Shown here: one piece after another, positions 15,478 through 24,000 of the stretch | Layout: every line of letters begins with the position of its first letter | How positions within the stretch are numbered: position 1 is the stretch's first letter | Source of the DNA: an uncultured Spirochaetales bacterium | GTDB lineage: Bacteria > Spirochaetota > Spirochaetia > CAZEKV01 | DNA: 24,000 bases | Direction: 5' to 3' | Assembly: GCA_964512945.1 (NCBI GenBank) | Contig: CAZEKV010000004.1 | Span: 13,172-37,171, forward strand | Notes under the pieces: generated by a model | Seen by the model: the letters and a program-made list of their open reading frames with translations, nothing else | Databases searched by the model: none | What the model was told of the DNA's origin: nothing | Translations under genes and position numbers: made by a program

Positions 15478-16804
15478 GCCGCATATACCCGGAATAGCAA
15501 TTGTCGGGCGTCCGAATGTGGGAAAATCGACCCTGTTCAACAGATTCCTGAAAAAAAGGAGAGCCATTACGGATCCTACGCCGGGTGTCACGCGGGATTC
15601 AATAGGAGAGGTCTGTGAGATTTCCGGAAAAAAAGTGATTCTCTTTGACACCGGCGGGATAAAACTGGATAATGACGATCTCGATGAAATTGTAAAATCA
15701 AAAAGCCTTGAAACCGCCAAAAATGCCGACTTGATATTGTTACTCATGGATGTCATGGAAATTACCCCTGAAGACAGGGAATTTATAGAATACCTGCGTC
15801 CCTATTCAAAAAAAATTATTCTTGTTGTAAATAAAGTTGATAATGAAAAAAGAGAACAGGATTTATGGAATTTCTATTCAATAGGCTTTGAAAAGGTTGT
15901 AGGTATTTCCTCCGCTCACGGCAGCAATATTTCCAGTCTTGAAGACATGATTGTTAAGGCTGTAGGGGATTTCTCCGGAAGTGAAATAGGGGGAGTTGAG
16001 GAGGAAACCGAACCGGAAATAAAATTGGCAATACTGGGAAAACCCAACACCGGAAAATCTACCCTCGTAAACTCCCTGACCAATCAAAAATTATCGATTG
16101 TATCCGAGGTGTCCGGTACAACGAGGGATGTTGTAAGGGGGGAGTTTATACATGATAATCATCACTACCGGGTTCTGGATACAGCAGGGATAAGGAAAAA
16201 GAAGAAGGTCAACGAGAATGTTGAATACTATTCCGTAAGCCGGGCAATAGGGACTATTGAGGAAAGTGATGTAATTTTTCTGATGATTGACGCAGAAGAG
16301 GGAATTTCCGATCAGGATAAAAAGATTGCCGGATTAATTGTAAAAAAGGGGAAAGGGGTAATTCTTGTTTTAAGTAAATGGGATAAAATCAAAGCCTCTC
16401 TGAAATCGGAGAAAAATGCTGTAGAAAAGATTCGCTTTCATTTTCCAGTACTCGATTTTGCCCCCGTAGTAACGATTTCCGCCATAAAAAATAAGGGTAC
16501 AGGGAAACTGCTTAAAACGGCGTACGAAGTCTGGAGTCAGTTAAATACCAGGGTTGAAACATCCCACCTGAATCGCCTCCTGGCGGTATGGGTTCAGGAT
16601 TTTACTCCCCCAGGGGTCAGCCCGAGGAAAAATTATAAAATACGCTACATTACCCAGTTTAAATCAAATCCTGTTATATTTATCCTTTTTATAAACAGAA
16701 TAAAAGCCTTTCCTGAAAGCTATATCAGGTATATTACGAACATGATACGGAATGATATTGGATTTAAGAACGTTCCGATTACCCTGGAGTTAAGGAAAAG
16801 ATAA
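15458..16804 (+). CDS. der: Ribosome-associated GTPase Der (EngA), tandem GTPase domains + KH-like C-terminus
   Basis: 448 aa. G1 motifs GRPNVGKST and [13 protein letters not shown] / DTAGIR, NKVD / SKWD. TTG start at 15458 with GGAGAG 7 nt upstream. It overlaps the ptsI 3' end by 20 nt. Confidence 0.93.
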   Translation: MTSLLDKPHIPGIAIVGRPNVGKSTLFNRFLKKRRAITDPTPGVTRDSIGEVCEISGKKVILFDTGGIKLDNDDLDEIVKSKSLETAKNADLILLLMDVMEITPEDREFIEYLRPYSKKIILVVNKVDNEKREQDLWNFYSIGFEKVVGISSAHGSNISSLEDMIVKAVGDFSGSEIGGVEEETEPEIKLAILGKPNTGKSTLVNSLTNQKLSIVSEVSGTTRDVVRGEFIHDNHHYRVLDTAGIRKKKKVNENVEYYSVSRAIGTIEESDVIFLMIDAEEGISDQDKKIAGLIVKKGKGVILVLSKWDKIKASLKSEKNAVEKIRFHFPVLDFAPVVTISAIKNKGTGKLLKTAYEVWSQLNTRVETSHLNRLLAVWVQDFTPPGVSPRKNYKIRYITQFKSNPVIFILFINRIKAFPESYIRYITNMIRNDIGFKNVPITLELRKR

Positions 16805-16839
16805 TAATTTATTCCTGAAATCCGATAGGTAAAAGTAGG

Positions 16840-18165
16840 ATGAAGATATATTTTTTGTTATTTTTCTTTTTTCCCTGTTTGTTTCTTTTTACGCAGCAGT
16901 ACTGCCCCGATCTTTACGATATAGAAAATAATCTACTACGGCGGGAATATAAGAAAAAAATAATTCAATCAACAGCAGATGTTCTCATGCTGCACTCAGG
17001 ATATTTAACCTCCGGGAGCGGAAGGAGAGTACATTTCGATATCCAGCGGAAAAAAGATTTCTATTTTATATTGTTTACAAACGAATTGAACAACTCCTTC
17101 CCTGTTTTCAGTGCCGGAAGCGTTATAATAAAGCGTAGTATTAAGGACGGCTCATTCCTCCAGATAAAAATGTTTATAAGAAATGATCCCGGCTGTTTTA
17201 TCAGGATTTTTCCTCTTTACAAAGATCTGATTGTGGGAAATGGAAGCAACAACTCAATATCAGAATTGCAAAGATCGAGTATGGATGTCTATTTATACGG
17301 AAAATTACTCTATGAGAATATTATTCTTCCATGTTCTTTCGATACGGCTCTAACAATCTCATTTTCAAAGATTGTTGAGATGACGGGAGACAGTGTTGAA
17401 TGGGAGCTGTTGCTGCCGGAAAAAAAGAAGAACAGTGAGAACCTTCTTACAAAGAAGATTGCCCAAAAAATCAGGGCAGAAATTCCCGGGTTAAGGGAAG
17501 CTGAAGACGGGGCAATAGATGAGGACGGCGAATATGTTTATATAGAAACACTGGAAAAACAATTCCGGGATGATTGTGGTCTTAATTGTTCGGGGTTTGC
17601 CAAATGGGTTGTTGACGGTCTGTTTTATCCCATTCATGGTAAATATATAGAAATTAGCAGATTGAAAGAAAAACATCCCGATCTGAGGGGGAGTGACTGG
17701 AGTGAGAGATACGAAGATCAAAGAGATCCCTATTTTGGGCTGGATTGGATCAGAAATTTGGGTTTTGTGATGAAAAATACGGATGCTCGCAGCTATCTCC
17801 AGGATAGAGATAAGATTGATGTATCAGGTGTTCCCTTTTTTAAATACACAACCAATGTTGGATATCCTGTCAGGGATCTAAAACTTCTGTTTTACTTTCT
17901 TGCCAGGATTGAGCCCGGTTATATTTATATAGGATCTGTTAACCGTGAAGTTGGGAAAAAGCCTATGCTCCGTCAGTATGTCCATGTTGTTGTTTTTTGT
18001 CCCTACATTGATGAAAATGATGAAATAGTAGTTGATGTTTTTGAGAGGTACACGGGGGTACTGGAAACGAATCTGGAATCACTTGAGAAGAGATTTCGAA
18101 ATGATTATATCCATCTTGTAAGAATCAGGGCAGAGGGCGACTTCTATCATAAAAACGATTTTTAG
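16840..18165 (+). CDS. Secreted hypothetical protein (441 aa); possible papain-fold Cys/His enzyme
   Basis: N-terminal hydrophobic signal-like segment MKIYFLLFFFFPCLFLFTQQ. I recognise no family. The motif GLNCSGFAKWVVDG (Cys250, codon 17587..17589) resembles the NlpC/P60 catalytic DCSGF block, and a later YVHVVVF (His382) followed by an acidic DENDE run could supply His and a third residue. The Cys-His spacing (~130 aa) is much longer than in canonical NlpC/P60. Confidence 0.6.
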   Translation: MKIYFLLFFFFPCLFLFTQQYCPDLYDIENNLLRREYKKKIIQSTADVLMLHSGYLTSGSGRRVHFDIQRKKDFYFILFTNELNNSFPVFSAGSVIIKRSIKDGSFLQIKMFIRNDPGCFIRIFPLYKDLIVGNGSNNSISELQRSSMDVYLYGKLLYENIILPCSFDTALTISFSKIVEMTGDSVEWELLLPEKKKNSENLLTKKIAQKIRAEIPGLREAEDGAIDEDGEYVYIETLEKQFRDDCGLNCSGFAKWVVDGLFYPIHGKYIEISRLKEKHPDLRGSDWSERYEDQRDPYFGLDWIRNLGFVMKNTDARSYLQDRDKIDVSGVPFFKYTTNVGYPVRDLKLLFYFLARIEPGYIYIGSVNREVGKKPMLRQYVHVVVFCPYIDENDEIVVDVFERYTGVLETNLESLEKRFRNDYIHLVRIRAEGDFYHKNDF

Positions 18166-18280
18166 TATTTTTTGGGTCTTTATGCATGATTCCGGGAAAT
18201 ACCACAAAACTCATAATTCGGCGTTCAAAAAATTTCCGTCCTGTACAGGCCTGCCATATGGATATATGGAATCACTGCTC

Positions 18281-18309
18281 TTGATTACTAATTGAGTCTT
18301 ATGTACTAT
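18281..18309 (+). promoter_or_regulatory. Sigma-70-type promoter abutting the HAD hydrolase gene
   Basis: TTGATT (18281..18286) - N17 - TACTAT (18304..18309). Only 7 nt separate the -10 from ATG 18317, and there is no SD. Confidence 0.5.
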
Positions 18310-18316
18310 GTAGCAT

Positions 18317-18997
18317 ATGATTAAGGCCGTTATTTTTGATATCGACGGTACCCTGTACCCCGATTTTAAGATGTATTTTCACTCCATATTCTTTTTCCTC
18401 TGTCATCCCAGGCTTGTATTTTTTTTTAGCAAAATACGGAAGCAGATACGAAAAGAAAGGCCAATAGGGAATTTTAGAGACAAACAGGCGGAAATGCTTG
18501 GAAAAATATATAAAATACCGGAGAAGAAGGCCTGTGAAATACTGGAAAAATATATCTACGGTAAATGGGAATCCACATTCAGGGGAATAAAAATAACCAG
18601 AGATGTAATCGATGCTCTTAATGAATTAAGGAATATGAAACTAAAGTTGGGCGTACTGTCGGATTTTCCCGTTGAGAGAAAGCTTCGGTTTCTCGGTCTT
18701 GAGGGGATATGGGATTGTGCAGTCTGTTCGGAGATTACAGGTTATCTAAAACCGAATCCCGAATCTTTTCTGTATGCAGCTAAGAGGCTGAATGTCCCTG
18801 TGCATAACATTTTGTTTGTCGGAAATAATTATTTTTATGATATAATTGGTGCCAGTAATGTGGGGATGAAAACGGCACATTTGTCTCTGAGAAAATCAAA
18901 AGCGGGTTCTGCGGCTGATTTTACATTTTCAGAATATTCCAGTTTGGTTGAGTTTATAAAAAATGAAACCGGAGGGAATTGCAAAGCAGATGAGTAA
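18317..18997 (+). CDS. HAD-superfamily hydrolase (subfamily IA-like phosphatase)
   Basis: 226 aa. Motif I is VIFDIDGTLY (DxDGT). Motif II-like is LGVLSDF. Motif III/IV is KPNPESF...FVGNNYFYDIIGASNVGM. Confidence 0.85.
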   Translation: MIKAVIFDIDGTLYPDFKMYFHSIFFFLCHPRLVFFFSKIRKQIRKERPIGNFRDKQAEMLGKIYKIPEKKACEILEKYIYGKWESTFRGIKITRDVIDALNELRNMKLKLGVLSDFPVERKLRFLGLEGIWDCAVCSEITGYLKPNPESFLYAAKRLNVPVHNILFVGNNYFYDIIGASNVGMKTAHLSLRKSKAGSAADFTFSEYSSLVEFIKNETGGNCKADE

Positions 18998-19094
18998 GGA
19001 TTTATCGACTGGATACCGGTTATAGCAGCGGGATGCCGGCAGAATACCTAAATATCCCGGCATAAGATATATTAAAGTTTTGGGAGCGGGAACT

Positions 19095-22000
19095 ATGGAA
19101 TATTTTTATGTAACTCTTTTTAATATCGGGATTGTCCTGGTAATTTTGATGGTTTATCGTCAGATGGATCAGAACAACAGATCTTTAGAAAAAGTAAAGC
19201 GCTATACCGATAGAATGAAAGAGAAGTTAAGCGGTTTTGTTGATGAAAAAACCCTTGAGTTGAAGGATCTTTCTGTTGAAGTCGATGTACACCAGAAGGC
19301 TGCCAAAGAAATTCTAAAAAGAATTATTAAGGCAGAAGAAGACTTGAGCGGAAGATCCGATAAAATCGAGTCTATCAATAAACGAATAATCGAGTACGAT
19401 AGCTCCCTTGATGATCTGGTCAAGATGTCAATAAGGGTTGATACAAACCTGAAGCATTTGCAGGAGGAATCCGATTTTGTAGACAGGGTGGGCAGACAGA
19501 TAAAAGAGGCCTCATCTCAGATGCAGAGGATTGAACAGAAGATTCCTGGAATAAGCAAGGAATTTTCAAGACAGAATGGTGAGCAGCTGGTTAATATCAG
19601 AAAAGAAATAGTGAAGAATACCGAAAAACAGGTAGCTAGCATATCAGGACATGTCAATAAAGCAGAACAGATGGTCAAGGATTTTTTAAACCATATTGAA
19701 CGTCTTGAGGCGAGGAGAGATGAGGTTGAATCCGACACAATAAAATCCCTCAAGGATATTTCCGGCGGATTTATCAGGGATGCCGAAAAAGAAAAAATTA
19801 GTTTAAGCGAAAATTTTAGTGCCGAGCTTGATGATATATTTTCAAACAACCTTGAGAAGGTTAATGCTCTTAATGGAAAAGTTAAGGAGAATTATGAAAA
19901 ACTCAAGAGAGAAATCTCTGTAACGGGGAGTACAGTAACTGAAAAGGTAAAAGCTTTTCAATCTAATCTGAAAACCCTTGAAAGGGAATATCAAAATAAT
20001 ATCCAGGCTATTGCAGTCAGGGGAAAAAATTTAGAAGATGAAGTTTTTATTAACCTGAAAAACCACATCGTTTTTGCTTCCGAAAAAGTTAAAAACGAAA
20101 TGTCCGAAAATGTGGGAACGCTGAATGAAAGGATCGTCAAGATTCAGGAAAATGCTGATAAAAAGATGGAGAAAATAGAGAAGTCCATACAGGAATATGA
20201 AGAGAATCTCTTATATAAATTCACCAAGCTTGAAGATGTAAATGTTGATATTATAGAAATCGAGAAAAATCTCCATAATTCAATGGGGGGAATAACAGAG
20301 AGGATTCAGGAAGATCTGGATGAATTTTCAAAGGAAATTGAGGCTAAACAGACTAAGGAAAAGGAAAAAGTTGAGCTTGAAATGGCGAAAGTTCAGAAGA
20401 CCATGGAAACCCTTGAAAATGAACTTGTTCAGCTTAAAAAGCGTGCCTACGATAATGTTTCGGAAAAGCTGCAGGTATTTGAGGATGATTTCTTTTCAGA
20501 TATCAAGAAACGGGATGATAATATCCAGAAAACCATGGGTAAATGGGAAAAGAAGATTGAAAAGGATGTCCGGCTGGTGGCAGAGGAGAATTCTTCGGCA
20601 AGGGAAATAATGGAAAAGCATTATTCGGAAGAATTGAAGGACAGGCTGACGGAGCTTCAAAACAAGACCTATCAGCAGTACGACAAGTTTGAGGATCAGG
20701 TTCTTGGTTTTCAGGAGAGACTTAATCAGAGAATACTTCTTTCAGAGGGTTCGATCAAAAATCTAGAAGATAGTATAAAAAATGATATTGAAGAAGTTGA
20801 AAAAAATTCAAAGACTTTTTTTACAAAAGAGATCGAAAGCAGCAATAGAATTATAAATGATAAGATAAAGAAATTTGAAAAAGAAATTGAAGATCAATTA
20901 AAGACTTTCAAAAACAGTGTGGGTGAGTCCAGAAAGGATTTCATGGCTGTTATGGAAACCGCCCGGTCGGAGGCTACTGTCTGGCAGGCGAAAATTCTCC
21001 AGCAGATGAAAGTTGAAGAGGCGGATGTAAGCGATAAAATTACCAATCTAAAAACAGAGCTGTCGGCAACTATCGGAGAGATTCAGGAAGAATTTAAGGC
21101 TCAGAGGAATGTTCTTATAACCAATACCCGGAAGGAACGCAATGATCTAAAGAATGAGTTAGTAATGGTTTCCGGCAAGATTGATGATTTTGTAGATGAT
21201 TTCAAGCAGAAAACCATTGAAATTACTGATAGTTTTAACAAGGAAAGAGAAAAAAATGATTTTGAATTCCAGCAGAAAATAAGGGATTTTAGCCTGGAAA
21301 TTGAACAGCAGGTTAAGGATTTCCGTATTTCTACAAAGGATTTCAAGGAAAAAGTTGATTCAATGCAAAAGAAAATGTACGGCAAAATTGAGGAAAATTC
21401 AAAAATACTTACGGTAAATCTCCAGGAAATCGACAAAAAACAGAAAAGTTTTATTGAGCAGACCAAAATATTTGACAGGGCAGATGCCCTGAAGGTTAAC
21501 CTGCAGGAAGCCATAGAAGATTTAAAGCAGGAGATAGTGCGTGTTGATCATCAGGTAAAAGAATTTAAAGAGGCCGAGAGGAAATTCCTTAAAATCAGAA
21601 AAATGGGAGAAGAAGTATCAACGAAATTGACAGGCTTTCTATCTGAAAAAAGAAGGATTGAGGTCATGGAGGGAGATTTTAAGAAATTGATAAACATGTC
21701 CCAGGCTGTAGATGTTAAACTGGATCAGGTCACCGGAAGCTACGATTCCCTTCAAAAGATTCAGGCAAAGATCAGGGGGCTTGAGGAGCTTGAAAATGAG
21801 GTTCTTCAAAAATATGAAAGGCTTGAGAACAAACGGGATGTGGTTCAAACAGCCATTGACGGTGTGGAAAGTAATTTTCAAAATCTTGAAAAACTGGAAA
21901 AGCGTTTTTTTGCTATGAGTAAAGAAATTGAAAAGATTCCTGGAAAACTTAACGACACCGCTAAAAGAATTGACATTCTGACAAAGGATAGAAAAAAAGC

Positions 22001-22340
22001 GGATCAAGCAATCAAGCAAATCGAGAATATTGATATCCTGCTGGGAGAAATCGAACAGCGGATGAAAAAAATGCAGCAGGCCAGGGAATGGCTTGCAAGA
22101 ACCGAAACTCGTCTTGATGAGATTCAAAAACAGGCAAAAGAACAGGTTCAGCTGCTTGGATCCCTTCTTAAAGATAATGCCAGGACAGGGAAGAAGGAGA
22201 AGGGTGCTCCCCCTATGAGTGTCAGGGATATGGTTATACGCCTTGCCCATCAGGGATGGAAGGTAAAAGAAATAGCTCAAGCCACGAAACTTAGCAGGGG
22301 TGAGGTCGAATTGATTCTTGAATTGATTCCCAGGGCTTAA
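19095..22340 (+). CDS. Membrane-anchored giant coiled-coil protein with a C-terminal HTH-like domain (~1081 aa)
   Basis: The ORF track starts at TTG 19080. ATG 19095 is preferred because of GGGAGCGGGA upstream. N-terminal TM: MEYFYVTLFNIGIVLVILMVY. About 1000 aa are E/K/Q/L-rich and essentially free of Pro and Gly, i.e. coiled-coil character. The last 41 aa (22215..22337), MSVRDMVIRLAHQGWKVKEIAQATKLSRGEVELILELIPRA, look like a three-helix HTH of the kind found in sigma region-4 or small transposase-type HTH domains. Confidence 0.8.
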   Translation: MEYFYVTLFNIGIVLVILMVYRQMDQNNRSLEKVKRYTDRMKEKLSGFVDEKTLELKDLSVEVDVHQKAAKEILKRIIKAEEDLSGRSDKIESINKRIIEYDSSLDDLVKMSIRVDTNLKHLQEESDFVDRVGRQIKEASSQMQRIEQKIPGISKEFSRQNGEQLVNIRKEIVKNTEKQVASISGHVNKAEQMVKDFLNHIERLEARRDEVESDTIKSLKDISGGFIRDAEKEKISLSENFSAELDDIFSNNLEKVNALNGKVKENYEKLKREISVTGSTVTEKVKAFQSNLKTLEREYQNNIQAIAVRGKNLEDEVFINLKNHIVFASEKVKNEMSENVGTLNERIVKIQENADKKMEKIEKSIQEYEENLLYKFTKLEDVNVDIIEIEKNLHNSMGGITERIQEDLDEFSKEIEAKQTKEKEKVELEMAKVQKTMETLENELVQLKKRAYDNVSEKLQVFEDDFFSDIKKRDDNIQKTMGKWEKKIEKDVRLVAEENSSAREIMEKHYSEELKDRLTELQNKTYQQYDKFEDQVLGFQERLNQRILLSEGSIKNLEDSIKNDIEEVEKNSKTFFTKEIESSNRIINDKIKKFEKEIEDQLKTFKNSVGESRKDFMAVMETARSEATVWQAKILQQMKVEEADVSDKITNLKTELSATIGEIQEEFKAQRNVLITNTRKERNDLKNELVMVSGKIDDFVDDFKQKTIEITDSFNKEREKNDFEFQQKIRDFSLEIEQQVKDFRISTKDFKEKVDSMQKKMYGKIEENSKILTVNLQEIDKKQKSFIEQTKIFDRADALKVNLQEAIEDLKQEIVRVDHQVKEFKEAERKFLKIRKMGEEVSTKLTGFLSEKRRIEVMEGDFKKLINMSQAVDVKLDQVTGSYDSLQKIQAKIRGLEELENEVLQKYERLENKRDVVQTAIDGVESNFQNLEKLEKRFFAMSKEIEKIPGKLNDTAKRIDILTKDRKKADQAIKQIENIDILLGEIEQRMKKMQQAREWLARTETRLDEIQKQAKEQVQLLGSLLKDNARTGKKEKGAPPMSVRDMVIRLAHQGWKVKEIAQATKLSRGEVELILELIPRA

Positions 22341-22418
22341 TTCCCGGGGCTTCGCATATTTTTCTAAAAAACTTACTCCATAATACGGGAATATTCTCCT
22401 GTGTATTCGGTAAAATGC

Positions 22419-22447
22419 TTGCCGCTTTTAGATTTGGTTAGTATCTT
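22419..22447 (+). promoter_or_regulatory. Weak candidate sigma-70 promoter for grpE-dnaK
   Basis: TTGCCG (22419..22424) - N17 - TATCTT (22442..22447), ~30 nt upstream of ATG 22478, which has a GAGG SD. Both hexamers are imperfect. Confidence 0.3.
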
Positions 22448-22477
22448 AAAGCAATAGCTGAGGAATTAGAGGTTGGT

Positions 22478-24000
<1,523 letters not shown>

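Noticed and set aside
15361-15756. 131-aa minus-strand ORF at the ptsI/der junction
   Set aside because: It is antisense to the conserved P-loop region of der and the C-terminus of ptsI. It is a shadow ORF.
18256-18276. Short palindromes CCTGTACAGG and CCATAT-GGAT-ATATGG downstream of the 441-aa gene, as a possible terminator
   Set aside because: The first has no loop. The second is a 6-bp AT-rich stem without a U-tract. Neither is convincing as a terminator or operator.
19080-19094. TTG start (track) for the coiled-coil protein
   Set aside because: ATG 19095 follows a purine-rich GGGAGCGGGA at suitable spacing and begins exactly at the TM helix. The five extra residues (MGAGT) are not needed. 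The choice remains unverified.
19202-22280. Antisense and out-of-frame ORFs within the coiled-coil gene (up to 213 aa at 21639..22280, 137 aa at 21101..21514, 96 aa at 20320..20610)
   Set aside because: The repetitive Lys/Glu codon composition of the real gene keeps other frames open. The products are Phe/Leu/Ser-rich or Arg/Lys-rich low-complexity sequences without starts backed by an SD.

Overview
Gene-dense 24-kb chromosomal window from a moderately AT-rich bacterium. The taxon cannot be established without a database search; the gene content only loosely recalls free-living spirochaete-like genomes. I support 20 protein genes plus one doubtful small ORF. I saw no rRNA, tRNA, CRISPR array, transposase, integrase or long repeat. 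Left to right: (1) minus strand, part of a peptide/nickel-type ABC importer: a family-5 lipoprotein SBP and a DppB-like permease that runs off the left edge. (2) Minus strand, a tightly packed five-gene unit: tatA, tatC, a tatB-like gene, a short class-IV PLP enzyme (ADC-lyase-like) and a class-II aldolase-like gene. (3) Minus strand, a two-component pair: a sigma-54-dependent NtrC-family response regulator translationally coupled to a TM-less histidine kinase whose first ~235 aa are an ABC-transporter ATPase domain. (4) Divergent from that pair, a plus-strand CUT2 (ribose-type) ABC operon: lipoprotein SBP, permease, YhfX-like PLP racemase-fold protein and a double-NBD ATPase. It sits behind a near-consensus sigma-54 -24/-12 promoter and a palindromic candidate enhancer site. 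(5) Plus strand: ptsI, der, a secreted 441-aa hypothetical, a HAD hydrolase, a ~1081-aa membrane-anchored coiled-coil protein with a C-terminal HTH-like tail, grpE and the 5' part of dnaK. The best candidate for something undescribed is the NBD-PAS-histidine-kinase fusion. Its NBD is visibly paralogous to NBD1 of the neighbouring transporter ATPase, and it sits with the sigma-54 regulator and the sigma-54-driven transporter/racemase operon. This suggests a cytoplasmic kinase that reads transporter state. Secondary items are two consensus sigma-70 promoters abutting start codons (leaderless-type ptsI and HAD genes), the coiled-coil/HTH giant occupying the usual hrcA position upstream of grpE-dnaK with no CIRCE element, and an unusual tat operon composition. 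All functional calls come from motif recognition by eye; no searches were run.
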